Numbered from the stretch's first letter, positions 27,725-38,352 are shown. The stretch: 64,000 nt of DNA from Calditrichia bacterium (GCA_028284445.1 JANQRS010000016.1:80441-144440); one strand, 5' to 3'. The notes: generated by a model not told the origin, from the sequence alone. Program-made: numbers and translations.

Positions 27725-29158
27725 ATGACAAGAACCGGAATCTTTCTCAGTTCCTTAATGCTTGCCGGTGTACTTTTTGCGCAGGCTCCGCTTAGCTTGA
27801 AGTACAATGCCTACGAATTATTGTCCACGCGCGACGGGGAAGTAACAGGTGTTTTGACAGATCCCAAGATGTCGCCGGTGGCGGAACGCTTCTTTGCGAT
27901 TTCCAGCCAAACCCGCGATAATCGCTCTCTTTACATTTATGATATCAAGAACCGAACTTTAAGAAATATCAGCGCCACACAAACGACACTGGCAACCGGT
28001 GATGAAATCAATCTGGAGCCTAGCAGCTATGCGACTTCATACAACTATGAACTCGACTGGCGGCCGATACCGGATAAGCAAGGACGGCAGTGGTTTGTTT
28101 TTGTCAGTAATGGCCTGGAAGATAACCACGATATTTACCTTGGCGTTATTGGTGGTACCCGCTATTATCGCTTAACAAAAAATATTGCTATTGATATGAT
28201 GCCAAAATGGTCGCCCGACGGCAACTCTGTGGCTTTTATATCATATCGAAGTGGTGACGGCGACATTTATTTGCTGGATGGTATGGACAAAATGATCGCC
28301 AACCCTGACGGTCACGATGTCGATCTGAATCAGCTGACCCGCACTGCGCTTGAGGAAACTGATCTGGCCTGGAATCCGAATCCACGTGCGGAGCTGTTGG
28401 CATATGCCAAACGCGAAAGCTATCCCGGCCGTGATGTGGATACTTATCAGATCCGGGTGCTTGACCTTGGCGCCAAGCAGCTTCGCAGCTTTCAAATTAC
28501 GGATGACCAACTGACGCACTTTAACCGCCCCCTGTGGGACCGGAATCGGGCTGACAGGTTGCTCTATGTCGGCAAATCTGTTCTCGAAAACTCACCAACC
28601 AACCTTTACTTGAGTGAACTTGCCTGGGACGACGAAAAGATCCTGCAAAACAAGGTGCTCGAAGGGTATAAGACAGAAATTTTTCGGGACGTGCGGATGA
28701 GTAATACCCATGCGCTGTGGTTATCCGGCTCTCAAGCCATTGTTTGCCAGGAAAACAATCGGATTCAAAACAATCGCCTCTATTCAATCAATGTTGAAAA
28801 ATGGGTCAATAAAATTGAAGGCGCGGTGCACTATGTGGAAGAATTGCATCGTGAGAACCCCTTCATCCGTGAATTTTCAGAAGTGGATGGAAACTTTCTC
28901 TTTGTGACCAAAGAAGGGGAAATTTCCAGTGTCTTTCTCGCGCAGCTGGAAGGCGAGGACATTGATTGGACAGCAAACCAGGTTGCACCGGGCCTGAATA
29001 ATCCCGGGCCGGGAACCAACTTCTTTGCCGCACCGCTGTTCATCGGAGGGGGCGCACTTGCCGCAGGTGCTGCCGCATTCTTTCTCCTGAGAGATGGCGA
29101 TGATGGCGATGTGCAGAGTGTGCCGATTGGCTTACCGCCAAGCCTGCCGAGAGAATAA
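27725..29158 (+). CDS. Secreted TolB/PD40-type beta-propeller with C-terminal membrane segment
   Basis: Signal peptide, 'PKWSPDGNSVAFISYRSGDGDIY', C-terminal Gly/Ala-rich TM and Pro-rich tail. Confidence 0.8.
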   Translation: MTRTGIFLSSLMLAGVLFAQAPLSLKYNAYELLSTRDGEVTGVLTDPKMSPVAERFFAISSQTRDNRSLYIYDIKNRTLRNISATQTTLATGDEINLEPSSYATSYNYELDWRPIPDKQGRQWFVFVSNGLEDNHDIYLGVIGGTRYYRLTKNIAIDMMPKWSPDGNSVAFISYRSGDGDIYLLDGMDKMIANPDGHDVDLNQLTRTALEETDLAWNPNPRAELLAYAKRESYPGRDVDTYQIRVLDLGAKQLRSFQITDDQLTHFNRPLWDRNRADRLLYVGKSVLENSPTNLYLSELAWDDEKILQNKVLEGYKTEIFRDVRMSNTHALWLSGSQAIVCQENNRIQNNRLYSINVEKWVNKIEGAVHYVEELHRENPFIREFSEVDGNFLFVTKEGEISSVFLAQLEGEDIDWTANQVAPGLNNPGPGTNFFAAPLFIGGGALAAGAAAFFLLRDGDDGDVQSVPIGLPPSLPRE

Positions 29159-29301
29159 CAGGAATGAATCAGTGCTAGTGTCCCGAATGGACGATTACCA
29201 CCAGTGAATATTGGAGGACAGGTCGCCGCTTTGTTTATCAACAAGGCAGCGGTTAACGCGGTCTGTATGCATGTGGGAATGTTGCCAAGGAGCAAACGCT
29301 A

Positions 29302-32300
29302 ATGTCGAAAGTTGTATCTTCTTTCTTAACCATATTGTTTTTTACGGCTGGCCTTTTTGGTCAGGCGACCTTGCAGGTGGATCCAACCACAGTCGACTTT
29401 ATGGAAGTCGAGCTCTTGTCGGATTCGGTTTTTGGATTGCGGGTGACCAACGAAGGCACCGATGATCTCATTATCAGCGAACTGAATATTACCGGCAATA
29501 ACGCCGCCCAGTTTTCGCTGTTCAATCCGCTTCCCCTGCCAATAACGGTAAATCCCTCGAACACCAGGACGATAGAGCTGCAATTCGCCCCGGCAACCAC
29601 TGGCAGCAAATCTGCGTTCCTGGAAATTCTTAGTAATGATCAGTTTTCTGATACGCTTGAAGTGCCGTTAATCGGTGTTGGTATTGCCTCAACCATTGCC
29701 GTAACACCCAGTCCGCTATCCTTTGACAGCGTTGTGGTTGGCGGCAGCAGTACTCTCAGTGTCGAGATCAGCAATCTTGGAAATAACACCCTGATTGTGA
29801 ACGATACTTCTATTGTTGGAGATAATGCCGACGCTTTTGCGATTGTGTCAAGCCCGGCCTTGCCGATAAGCATCGAACCCGGTGGCAATCCAGTGACATT
29901 GGATATTCGATTTGCCCCCCTGTTAGCAGGCACCAATTCTTCTTTTATGATCCTTACCAGCAACGACCCGGCAAATCCGGCCCTGGCCGTCACCCTTGAC
30001 GGTATCGGGGTATTCCCGGAGCTGGAAACCAGCGCAACAGAGCTTGATTTTGGCGAAACCGTGGTGGGAGTTGGCAAGACCCTGACATTTGATATCTTTA
30101 ACAGCGGTATTGGTGAACTAATTATTAGCGATACCGATATCGTTGGCAGCGACGCTGATAATTTTCGTTTGGACGGTTTTCCGCCAACCCCGGTTATCCT
30201 GGAAAGAGGGATCGACACCCTGACTGTGAGTGTGCAATTTGACCCGGATTCCAATGGTGTGCGCGATGCATTTTTATTACTAACCAGCAACGATCCGGAC
30301 GAGAACCCCTTGACGGTCTCTTTGACCGGTATTGGCGTGAAACCCGATATTGCCAGTAATCCGGAGGCGCTTGATTTTGGGCGCGTGATCGTCGGTGAGG
30401 ACTCTACCATGAGTCTGCTTGTCAGGAACGATGGTGATGCCGATCTGATCATCAGCGATACGACCTGGAGTGGTGACAACATCGATCAATTTACAGTGCT
30501 GAATATGCCGACCCTGCCATTTACCATTCCGGAGAATGGTGATTCGGTTGTGATTTCCATTCAATTTGTGCCGACCTCGCAAGGACTAAAAGACGCGACG
30601 CTCTCATTTGTCAATAATGACGTATTTCGAACGCCCTATGCTGTTCCGATTAGCGGGGAAGGTGTTGTGCCCGATATTGCCGGAAATCCCAACCCATTGG
30701 CTTTTGGCGAAGTAGAGGTGACCTTCAGCGCCACTCGAATGATCCAAATTCGCAACGATGGTGGGGCGGCGTTGGTTATAGACGATACGCTATTTGCAGG
30801 ACCGAACTTCGATCAGTTTGCACTGGATTCTCTGCCGGAACTGCCCATTGTTATCGAACCTGACAGTGACCCGGTGGATATACTGGTGCGATTTTCGCCC
30901 ACCTCGGAAGGGGACAAAACCGCAGCCTTGCAGCTTTTTAGCAATGACCCGGATGAAAATCCATTCAGCATCGATCTGGCAGGCACCGGCATACAGCCGA
31001 GAATCGCCGTGTCTCCGGATACTGTCGATTTTGGCAATATTCGCATCGAAACGGATTCAACCCTGCTTCTTGACATTCTCAATGAAGGTACGGCATCCCT
31101 GTTTATTTCTGATACTTCCTTCCGTGGGCAGGACGATCGATTTTTCCGTCTCGTGAACGCGCCGTCACTGCCAATCCAGATTCGACCCGGCGCCGAGTCA
31201 TTTCCTCTGCGTATTCAGTTCTCGCCTGAAGAACTTCGCGAATATGAAGCCGACTTCATTCTCGGTAGTAACGACCCCGATAATCCTTCGCTAACCGTTC
31301 CCTTGCGTGGTATTGGCGCACTACCGGATATCGACACAGTGGAAGATACTCTCCATTTTGGCGACGTGATTTTGACAACCGATTCTGTTTCCTTTCTACA
31401 AATTCTCAATACCGGCGGCGTCGATTTATTGGTAACTGATGTTGCCTTGCTTAATTCACCAGCGCAGTTCTCTATTGCAGACACGACAGCCGTGCCGTTG
31501 ACGGTTGCACCGGGAGATACCGGTTTGGTTGGTATTGTCTTCTCGCCGGATTCCCTCGGTGGAGACACGGCTACTGTGCGAATTCTAAGCGATGATCCGG
31601 ATGAAACCCAGATTACCCGAACAGTTACCGGTAATGGCGTTCTGCCCATCATTGCTGTCGAAGCTGATACCGTGAATTTCGGTATTGTGGAAATCGGCGG
31701 TGATTCGACTATCTCAGTGTTTGTGTCCAACAGTGGTAGTGCCGCCTTGCGTATAAGCGATGTGGTCTCCGAAGGGCCGAATTCCAATCAATTCGCTTTG
31801 GCTGACACGAGTATATTGCCTATTGTCATTCCGGTAGGCGGCGCCCCGTTTCCGGTGCCACTGCGCTTCAAGCCGCTCTTCAAGTCCAGTAAGCAAGCAA
31901 CGCTCTCCCTGGTGAGTAATGACCCATTTAATGCCAGCCTGCCGATCGAGGTCTTTGGGCGAGCGGTTGCAGCGCCATCTGTCGAGTCACTGCAGTTCTC
32001 GAATATTCTGCTTGGACAGGATGTGGCTGTAACAGCAACCTTTGCAGCGGATACAACCATTCGTTCAGCTGTGCTGCGATACCTGACCGCCGACGGGCGG
32101 ACTGCTCTCGGTTCCAATGCGTTCCTGTTAGGCACAGATTCTGTTTATACGGCGATGATTCCAGGTTCGGCAGTTACTACCGACGGCTTGCAGCTGGATA
32201 TCCTCGTGACTGATAATTTCCCAACCAGCGCAAGCTCGCTATTTTACCCCGAGATTACCATCCCCACGGGCGCGCTTAGCCATACTTTTGAGAGCAGTGA

Positions 32301-33654
32301 ACAGAATCGCTGGATCATGTTCTCACTGCCTTATCCCCCGGTTATCGAAGGTGATCGCAGCATCTCATCGGTTCTAGAAGATTTGGGCAGCGACGGCGAT
32401 TTTAGCTGGAGGATTTTCCGGACGGATTCCTCCGGCCTCAACAGCAATTACCTGGACAAAACAGCGCTCGATTTGGCCGGCAGCTACGGCCGTTTTGAAC
32501 CGGGCAATGCTTTCTGGCTCTATCTTAGAAATGATGAGGGCGGACAAATTGCTTCCTCGGTGATTGATTTTGCTGATACCAAAACCCTTGCTGCCGACTC
32601 GTTCACCTATACACTCCAGCCTGGCTGGAATCAAATTGGTCTACCATATGCCTTTGATATGACCTGGGGACAGGTCGGCGCTACGGATAAGAGCATGCTG
32701 CAGGTGTATAGCTGGAATGGCACCGCCTGGACGGATCAGCTACAGAAGAGTGGCTGGACGCCGTTGCTGCAAAATAACTTTGTGATGACGCCCTGGGATG
32801 GATATGTCGTTCGTAATCTCACCGGCCAGCCAATGGACATCGTGTTCCGGCCCCAAGAAGCGGATACACTGCTTGGCAAGTCAGCCCTGAACAAAATTGC
32901 CGACTATCGAAATTGGCGTTTGCCGCTGGTAATCGAAAATGAGCTGAACTTTGATGTGGTTGTTGCAGGAATGGATGAGAAGTCCATTGATGGCATTGAT
33001 CTCAATGACTATCCGCACCCGGCCAAAAACGATGGCCGCCATGTTCAACTCTGGTTTGAAAACGAAGATAGCAACTTTGGTCAGCGGTATAGTAGTGATG
33101 TGCGCGCTGCCAGCCCAGAGGGTCATACATGGTATTTAACCGTTGATAGTGATCTGGCAACCGCGACCATTAGCTTTCCTGAACTGGCGCAACTACCCGC
33201 CGGCTTCATGGCTGAGTTGATTGATACCAAGTATCGTCAGACCTATCCTGTGACCGCGTCAACCCGCATCCGTGTTCGGAATATCGCAGCGGGAGAACCC
33301 AAGCGCTTCGCTTTGATGGTTGGGACAGCCGCCTTTCTCGGCAGGGAAGCGGATAATATTGAAATCCTTGCGCCGCAAACCTCGCTGCTACTTAGCAATT
33401 ATCCAAACCCCTTTAATCCAACGACTCAGATGCGTTATCAACTGGCGGATGATGGCCGTGTTAACCTGATTGTTTACGATATTCTTGGCCGGAAAGTACG
33501 AACGCTGGTGAACAAATATCAACCGGCCGGTTTCTATGAATTGCAATGGAATGGAAAAAATGACGCGGGTAATGAGACAGCAAGCGGTATATATATTTAC
33601 CGGCTCGAAATCAACGACTATGTCGAATCGCGTCGAATGCTGAAGTTAAAGTAG
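29302..33654 (+). CDS. Large surface protein with about 8 choice-of-anchor D (ASH Ig-like) repeats and FlgD-Ig/T9SS-type CTD
   Basis: Roughly 110-aa repeats 'L-D-F-G...I-x-N-x-G...S-N-D-P'; C-terminal 'NYPNPFNPTT...YDILGRKV...WNGKN...SGIYIYRL'. Confidence 0.88.
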   Translation: MSKVVSSFLTILFFTAGLFGQATLQVDPTTVDFMEVELLSDSVFGLRVTNEGTDDLIISELNITGNNAAQFSLFNPLPLPITVNPSNTRTIELQFAPATTGSKSAFLEILSNDQFSDTLEVPLIGVGIASTIAVTPSPLSFDSVVVGGSSTLSVEISNLGNNTLIVNDTSIVGDNADAFAIVSSPALPISIEPGGNPVTLDIRFAPLLAGTNSSFMILTSNDPANPALAVTLDGIGVFPELETSATELDFGETVVGVGKTLTFDIFNSGIGELIISDTDIVGSDADNFRLDGFPPTPVILERGIDTLTVSVQFDPDSNGVRDAFLLLTSNDPDENPLTVSLTGIGVKPDIASNPEALDFGRVIVGEDSTMSLLVRNDGDADLIISDTTWSGDNIDQFTVLNMPTLPFTIPENGDSVVISIQFVPTSQGLKDATLSFVNNDVFRTPYAVPISGEGVVPDIAGNPNPLAFGEVEVTFSATRMIQIRNDGGAALVIDDTLFAGPNFDQFALDSLPELPIVIEPDSDPVDILVRFSPTSEGDKTAALQLFSNDPDENPFSIDLAGTGIQPRIAVSPDTVDFGNIRIETDSTLLLDILNEGTASLFISDTSFRGQDDRFFRLVNAPSLPIQIRPGAESFPLRIQFSPEELREYEADFILGSNDPDNPSLTVPLRGIGALPDIDTVEDTLHFGDVILTTDSVSFLQILNTGGVDLLVTDVALLNSPAQFSIADTTAVPLTVAPGDTGLVGIVFSPDSLGGDTATVRILSDDPDETQITRTVTGNGVLPIIAVEADTVNFGIVEIGGDSTISVFVSNSGSAALRISDVVSEGPNSNQFALADTSILPIVIPVGGAPFPVPLRFKPLFKSSKQATLSLVSNDPFNASLPIEVFGRAVAAPSVESLQFSNILLGQDVAVTATFAADTTIRSAVLRYLTADGRTALGSNAFLLGTDSVYTAMIPGSAVTTDGLQLDILVTDNFPTSASSLFYPEITIPTGALSHTFESSEQNRWIMFSLPYPPVIEGDRSISSVLEDLGSDGDFSWRIFRTDSSGLNSNYLDKTALDLAGSYGRFEPGNAFWLYLRNDEGGQIASSVIDFADTKTLAADSFTYTLQPGWNQIGLPYAFDMTWGQVGATDKSMLQVYSWNGTAWTDQLQKSGWTPLLQNNFVMTPWDGYVVRNLTGQPMDIVFRPQEADTLLGKSALNKIADYRNWRLPLVIENELNFDVVVAGMDEKSIDGIDLNDYPHPAKNDGRHVQLWFENEDSNFGQRYSSDVRAASPEGHTWYLTVDSDLATATISFPELAQLPAGFMAELIDTKYRQTYPVTASTRIRVRNIAAGEPKRFALMVGTAAFLGREADNIEILAPQTSLLLSNYPNPFNPTTQMRYQLADDGRVNLIVYDILGRKVRTLVNKYQPAGFYELQWNGKNDAGNETASGIYIYRLEINDYVESRRMLKLK

Positions 33655-34030
33655 GGATACAATCTGGCGTTCTAAAAAATCGAATTCGCTGATCACTGTC
33701 ATTTGTCACGATTCCGGAGCGAATTCGAAGCGAACTTAGGACGTCGAAGCGAGATCTGTCATTAGCGACTATTGAACGGCATGGGGAAACTGCTTATCTA
33801 TCGCTTCTGCTCACCCACTTAACAACGGATTGTATTTGCACTACGCAACCGCCTTAAATGGCCTTCATGGATGAGTTGTAACGTGTAATGCGCTACGCAA
33901 TGTGACGGGAACCATTCCCGCCCTGTTCGTGTAACAGAACAGGTACTCTACCAAATTTTGCCATGTTTGATGCAAGCTTCAGAGCCCGGGCAAATCGCCG
34001 ATAATGACTCCAGGGGAGCACTATCAATCT

Positions 34031-35977
34031 ATGGCTGAACAACATCATCTTCAAGACGAAGCAACTACGATGCCTGTAGAAATTCGACATAAGTATAAAT
34101 TCGATTTTTCAGGAAGCAGCGAAGGCGGTAGCCGCCATCCGGAAAACCTTGATAGCTTTGGTAGTTTTCCGGAAAAACGCTCCTATTTTGCAACAGCCAA
34201 AGGCAAGCTCTTCCTGATAGCTGATTCGAAGAAGTATAATAGTGAATTTAATGCCAGTCAGATGGCTATCGATTCGATTCAGCAAAACTATTTTTCCTAT
34301 CCATCTGAAGATATCGCCTTTTGCCTGCAGAGGGCATTCGATATTGCCAATCGCAAGATTTATCAACACGCACAAACCAATAGCCTGGATCGTAAGGTCG
34401 GTGCTACCTGCTCCGCTTTGGTGCTGACCGATAAATACGCATACATTGCCCACGTAGGGGATTGCCGGATCTTCCGGGTAAGCTTTCGGAAAACAGAACA
34501 GTTGACCAGTGAGCATACCCGGGTGATCGAAATGATGTCCCGCGATGAGGAAGGCATGGTAAACGTTGGAGGTAAGCCGCCCTACAAGACCCGAACAGCC
34601 CTTACGCGGGCATTGGGTGTCAAGCTTGGTGTGAAAGTTGAAGTTAGCAAAGTGCCGGTGAGTCGTGACGAATATTTCGTGCTGTGCAGTGATGGGGTAA
34701 AATCTGTGGATAGCGAAGATATTCGCAATATTGTGCTATCCAGCTCTCCCAATCACGCCTGCCGGCGAATTATCGATATGGCGCGTGATCGCGGTGCAGA
34801 CGACAGTGCGACGGTTCAAATCATCAAGATTTACCAGGAATTTGAAAATCAAGCCGAACAGGCGAAGCAAATAGAAACCTATGCGCATGTCGCGACACCC
34901 TCGGTGGAACGCGGGAATCTGATTCCGGGCATTCTACTGTTTGTGCTCATTGTGTTATTCGGCATGCTGTATCGCGATTCGATTACAACCCGCTTTCCTG
35001 AAGTGGTTGAGAAGCTCAACCCAGTCACGCATTATATGGAAGTCACGAAGCCGGCGCCGGTTGCAAAGGCACCCGGTGATCTTGAACGGGGATTTGCTTT
35101 CCTGGAGGAAGGTGAATTGGGACAGGCGCTGACGTACTTTCAACGCGCACGTAAGAGCGATCCAAGCAATCAGGCTGCCAAGCGCGGCATCGAGATTATT
35201 GCGGCGCGCCACGAACAGACTGCCAATCTTTATTTTAGTAAGGGCAGCTGGGCTTCCGCACTGAGCTATTACAAGCAGGCGAGTTTCCTGAAACCAAACG
35301 ACAGGCAGTTGAAGATCCAGATTGGTAAATGCCAGAACAAGCTGGCTGTATTGAATGCCGAGAAGCGCAAAGAGCAACAACTGGCGCTGCGAAACAATCA
35401 AAGCGCCCGAAACGAATCCACTGCATCACTGGTATCCAAAACGCCCTTATTGGGTGAACAGCGCCGTCCCGAATGGGTAGCTCCGGGGCTCGATGCCGGG
35501 GTTGATTATCAAATCAGCGGTGACAACATTCAGCTGTTCGACAACCTTCGTGCTAAGCGTGTTTTTGGCGCCGGCAAGCTCGGCAGGTCCGAAATCGAAG
35601 TAACTATCACCCCGCAGTCTGCTGGCTCGACTCAACGCTACGGCGTGATCTTTGGACACCAGGCAGAACAGGGTAAGAAGTTTCAGACCTACTATCTGTT
35701 TACCCTACAAATGAACGGTGAGTATACCGTGCAGAATATCAATGAGGCCGGTACGACCTTCATTGAAGCAGATAAAGTGAAAACCGAGCTCAAAACCGGC
35801 CAACCGATCACAGTTCGCCTGAAGTTCGGCAACAAGCTTGCAATCTGCTACGTAAACGGTATTTCTATTGATATGGTGGAACTGGGTCGTTCCGCTGAGG
35901 GCGGCATCGGATTTTTTGCCGATCCGAATACTCGCGTTGAATTTGACAATCTGAAAATATCGCCGGTTGTGAATTAA
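34031..35977 (+). CDS. Membrane-spanning PP2C-family phosphatase with TPR and C-terminal beta-sandwich
   Basis: 'HVGDCR', 'LTRALG', 'LCSDG', one TM helix, TPR-like helices; alternative start 34004. Confidence 0.8.
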   Translation: MAEQHHLQDEATTMPVEIRHKYKFDFSGSSEGGSRHPENLDSFGSFPEKRSYFATAKGKLFLIADSKKYNSEFNASQMAIDSIQQNYFSYPSEDIAFCLQRAFDIANRKIYQHAQTNSLDRKVGATCSALVLTDKYAYIAHVGDCRIFRVSFRKTEQLTSEHTRVIEMMSRDEEGMVNVGGKPPYKTRTALTRALGVKLGVKVEVSKVPVSRDEYFVLCSDGVKSVDSEDIRNIVLSSSPNHACRRIIDMARDRGADDSATVQIIKIYQEFENQAEQAKQIETYAHVATPSVERGNLIPGILLFVLIVLFGMLYRDSITTRFPEVVEKLNPVTHYMEVTKPAPVAKAPGDLERGFAFLEEGELGQALTYFQRARKSDPSNQAAKRGIEIIAARHEQTANLYFSKGSWASALSYYKQASFLKPNDRQLKIQIGKCQNKLAVLNAEKRKEQQLALRNNQSARNESTASLVSKTPLLGEQRRPEWVAPGLDAGVDYQISGDNIQLFDNLRAKRVFGAGKLGRSEIEVTITPQSAGSTQRYGVIFGHQAEQGKKFQTYYLFTLQMNGEYTVQNINEAGTTFIEADKVKTELKTGQPITVRLKFGNKLAICYVNGISIDMVELGRSAEGGIGFFADPNTRVEFDNLKISPVVN

Positions 35978-36026
35978 CCACCGGCGTGCAGCAGGGCCGC
36001 ACAACCGGCAGTCTTAAACCGGGGTG

Positions 36027-36677
36027 TTATGCGCCGGTAATTCGCTTCACTACCTTCGCCACATCATCCGTTTTCCCCAAAATTGTCACCTCATCACCGG
36101 CCAACATTCTGGTATTACCATCCGGGATAATCAGCTGGTCCTCGCGTTTGATCGCCGAAATCAATGCTTCCTTCGGTAAACGTAATTCCTTTAGCAGCTT
36201 GTTGGCCATAGAGGAGTTTTCGGCGATCGTTACTTGCTCAAGAACCGCATTGGAGGCTTCGAGGTCTTCGCTAAGTTTGTTCAATACATAGTTGTCGGAA
36301 TGCTGCATGCGCATGGCATCATATGCTTTTTGTTTTTCAGCGATTCTGCCCTTGAGATTCTTTATCCGATCTACCTGTTTCTGAAATTCTTCGTGTTCAA
36401 GTGATGGATTGTCCTGGCTCCTCAATACCAATGCAACCTTGCCAAGCGATGTATATTCTGTTTGCAATTGCTTGTTGAGGGCATTGATGTCGATTTTATG
36501 CCGGGTTAAAGCGGTAATGTCCGAGGCTTTTTCACTGATGCCGGCAACGACTTCACGAGTTGCTTCGAGGCCCTCTTCGCTAATTTTCTTGCCTTGCTCA
36601 ATTAGTTTGTCAGCTACCGGCCGGACGCGCTCCGAACTTTGCTTGAAGGTTTCTTTTATTTTTTCAATCAGGCTCAT
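36027..36677 (-). CDS. Helical protein with C-terminal TrkA-C (RCK_C) domain
   Basis: 'LKELRLPKEALISAIKREDQLIIPDGNTRMLAGDEVTILG'. Confidence 0.85.
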   Translation of the reverse strand: MSLIEKIKETFKQSSERVRPVADKLIEQGKKISEEGLEATREVVAGISEKASDITALTRHKIDINALNKQLQTEYTSLGKVALVLRSQDNPSLEHEEFQKQVDRIKNLKGRIAEKQKAYDAMRMQHSDNYVLNKLSEDLEASNAVLEQVTIAENSSMANKLLKELRLPKEALISAIKREDQLIIPDGNTRMLAGDEVTILGKTDDVAKVVKRITGA

Positions 36678-36731
36678 AATTCCCTTCCTATTATTGACGT
36701 ACGCGTGTTTGTCGTCCCGAACAAGTCGGGC

Positions 36732-37262
36732 CTACCCTTCGTCTTCGTTTCGGCTATCCAGCCGTTTCCCAACTTCAATGATTTGCTCGTCCAGAGCCGA
36801 TATTTTCTGGAAAAGTCCGCCTACCATTTCGCTGCCGGCGATTTCCTCCCAGGTCGCATTTTGCTTACGGCTTTCGCTGTAAAAAAATGACCCCAGTTCA
36901 GCTATCAGGGCATTCTTTTCTCCATTTAGCTTCTTGATTTCGGCGCTGGTCTTGTACTGCTCAGCGTAGTCGCTGGCGGTATCCGACAGCTCACCAACAA
37001 CCTTGCTGCCGGCTTCATATGCCTGAGACACGCCCTGCTTGATTTTCTCGAATACCTGACCGGCGAGGATGCTGGTCTTCTCACCAACTGCGCGCGCACC
37101 ATCTTCAAGATTGCCAAGGGTCTCGTTCAAGCGCTGACGCCGATCATCCGTGGATTCTTCATCGGAGTTCTCCACCTCATCTGTCGCAGCGGTTTCCTCA
37201 GTTGCTTTCTCTTCGTTTTTTTCTTCATCTGCAGGTTGCTGCAGGTCTTTTTCTTCGCTCAT
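36732..37262 (-). CDS. Hypothetical acidic coiled-coil protein
   Basis: ATG at 37262 with AAGGAG RBS; its C-terminal helices resemble the N-terminus of the downstream gene. Confidence 0.75.
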   Translation of the reverse strand: MSEEKDLQQPADEEKNEEKATEETAATDEVENSDEESTDDRRQRLNETLGNLEDGARAVGEKTSILAGQVFEKIKQGVSQAYEAGSKVVGELSDTASDYAEQYKTSAEIKKLNGEKNALIAELGSFFYSESRKQNATWEEIAGSEMVGGLFQKISALDEQIIEVGKRLDSRNEDEG

Positions 37263-37440
37263 ATCGTTCTCCTTATACTTCGAAATGTCGCACCCGAAAG
37301 CGACCATTATGCCGCAGGTTCCCGGGGAGATAGGGGATTATCACTCAGGTGTCTTTACGTTAATCCTATAATAATTGTTTTCGCGTATTATTTCAAATGA
37401 GAAAATACACATTCAGGAAAAATTTTGCCGGAGGATAGCT

Positions 37441-38352
37441 TTATTTACGGCTGATGGCAGTTGTTGCGAGGTTTTTCAGGACATGCCTGGCGATTTGAGG
37501 ATTCTCCGTGAGGCGTCGCGTTGAATAGGCATACCATTCAGGGCCAAATGGGACATATACCCGCAATTTATGATTGGCGCGCAAAATGATGCGGCGCAGT
37601 TGCGGGTCAACGCCAAGGAGCATTTGGAACTCGTATTGCGATGTGGGAATTTTATACTTGTCTATCAAGCGCAGCGCCGCCCAGACCAGCTTTTCGTCGT
37701 GCGTAGCGATGGCTACATAGCAGTTATTGACAAACAGCTTCTCGAGGACATAGATGAAGTTTTGATTGATGATATAGGGATCCTTGTAGGCAATATCCCT
37801 GGACTCGATATAAATGCCTTTACAGATGCGAAAATTGGGCTTAACCGCGATCAGCTTATTGATATCGTCGACTGTTCTGCGCAAATACATCTGTAGCACA
37901 GTACCAACATTGTCGAAGTCACGGCGGAGCCGAAAATAGACATCGAGGGTATCACTGGTGGTCGTGGAATCCTCCATGTCGATGCGCACAAAGTTATTGT
38001 ACGTCTTCGCCATTTCTACCAGGGCACGGATGTTTTCATAACAAAGGTCTTTGTTCAGCTTGATGCCCATATGAGTGGGTTTGATAGAAATATTGGCATC
38101 GAGCTTGTCTTCATGAATGCGCTTCAGGGCCTGCTTGTAGATCTCGACCGCATGGCGGGATTGCTCCTCGTGGCGCACCTCTTCACCGAGAACGTCCAGC
38201 GTTGAGCGGGCGCCCTCAGCCATCAGGGATTTAACAACGTCTACGGCATCATCCAGTTTTTCACCAGCGATATAGGGACGGGCAAAGTAGCCAACGATTG
38301 GTTGCGGGACGACCGGCAGCGTGGAGCTGATAAACTTGTCGAAAAGACTCAT
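37441..38352 (-). CDS. Monofunctional proline dehydrogenase
   Basis: 'FVRIDMEDS', 'RICKGIYIE', 'IATHD', 'FQMLLG', 'YVPFG...YSTRRLTEN'. Confidence 0.95.
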   Translation of the reverse strand: MSLFDKFISSTLPVVPQPIVGYFARPYIAGEKLDDAVDVVKSLMAEGARSTLDVLGEEVRHEEQSRHAVEIYKQALKRIHEDKLDANISIKPTHMGIKLNKDLCYENIRALVEMAKTYNNFVRIDMEDSTTTSDTLDVYFRLRRDFDNVGTVLQMYLRRTVDDINKLIAVKPNFRICKGIYIESRDIAYKDPYIINQNFIYVLEKLFVNNCYVAIATHDEKLVWAALRLIDKYKIPTSQYEFQMLLGVDPQLRRIILRANHKLRVYVPFGPEWYAYSTRRLTENPQIARHVLKNLATTAISRK

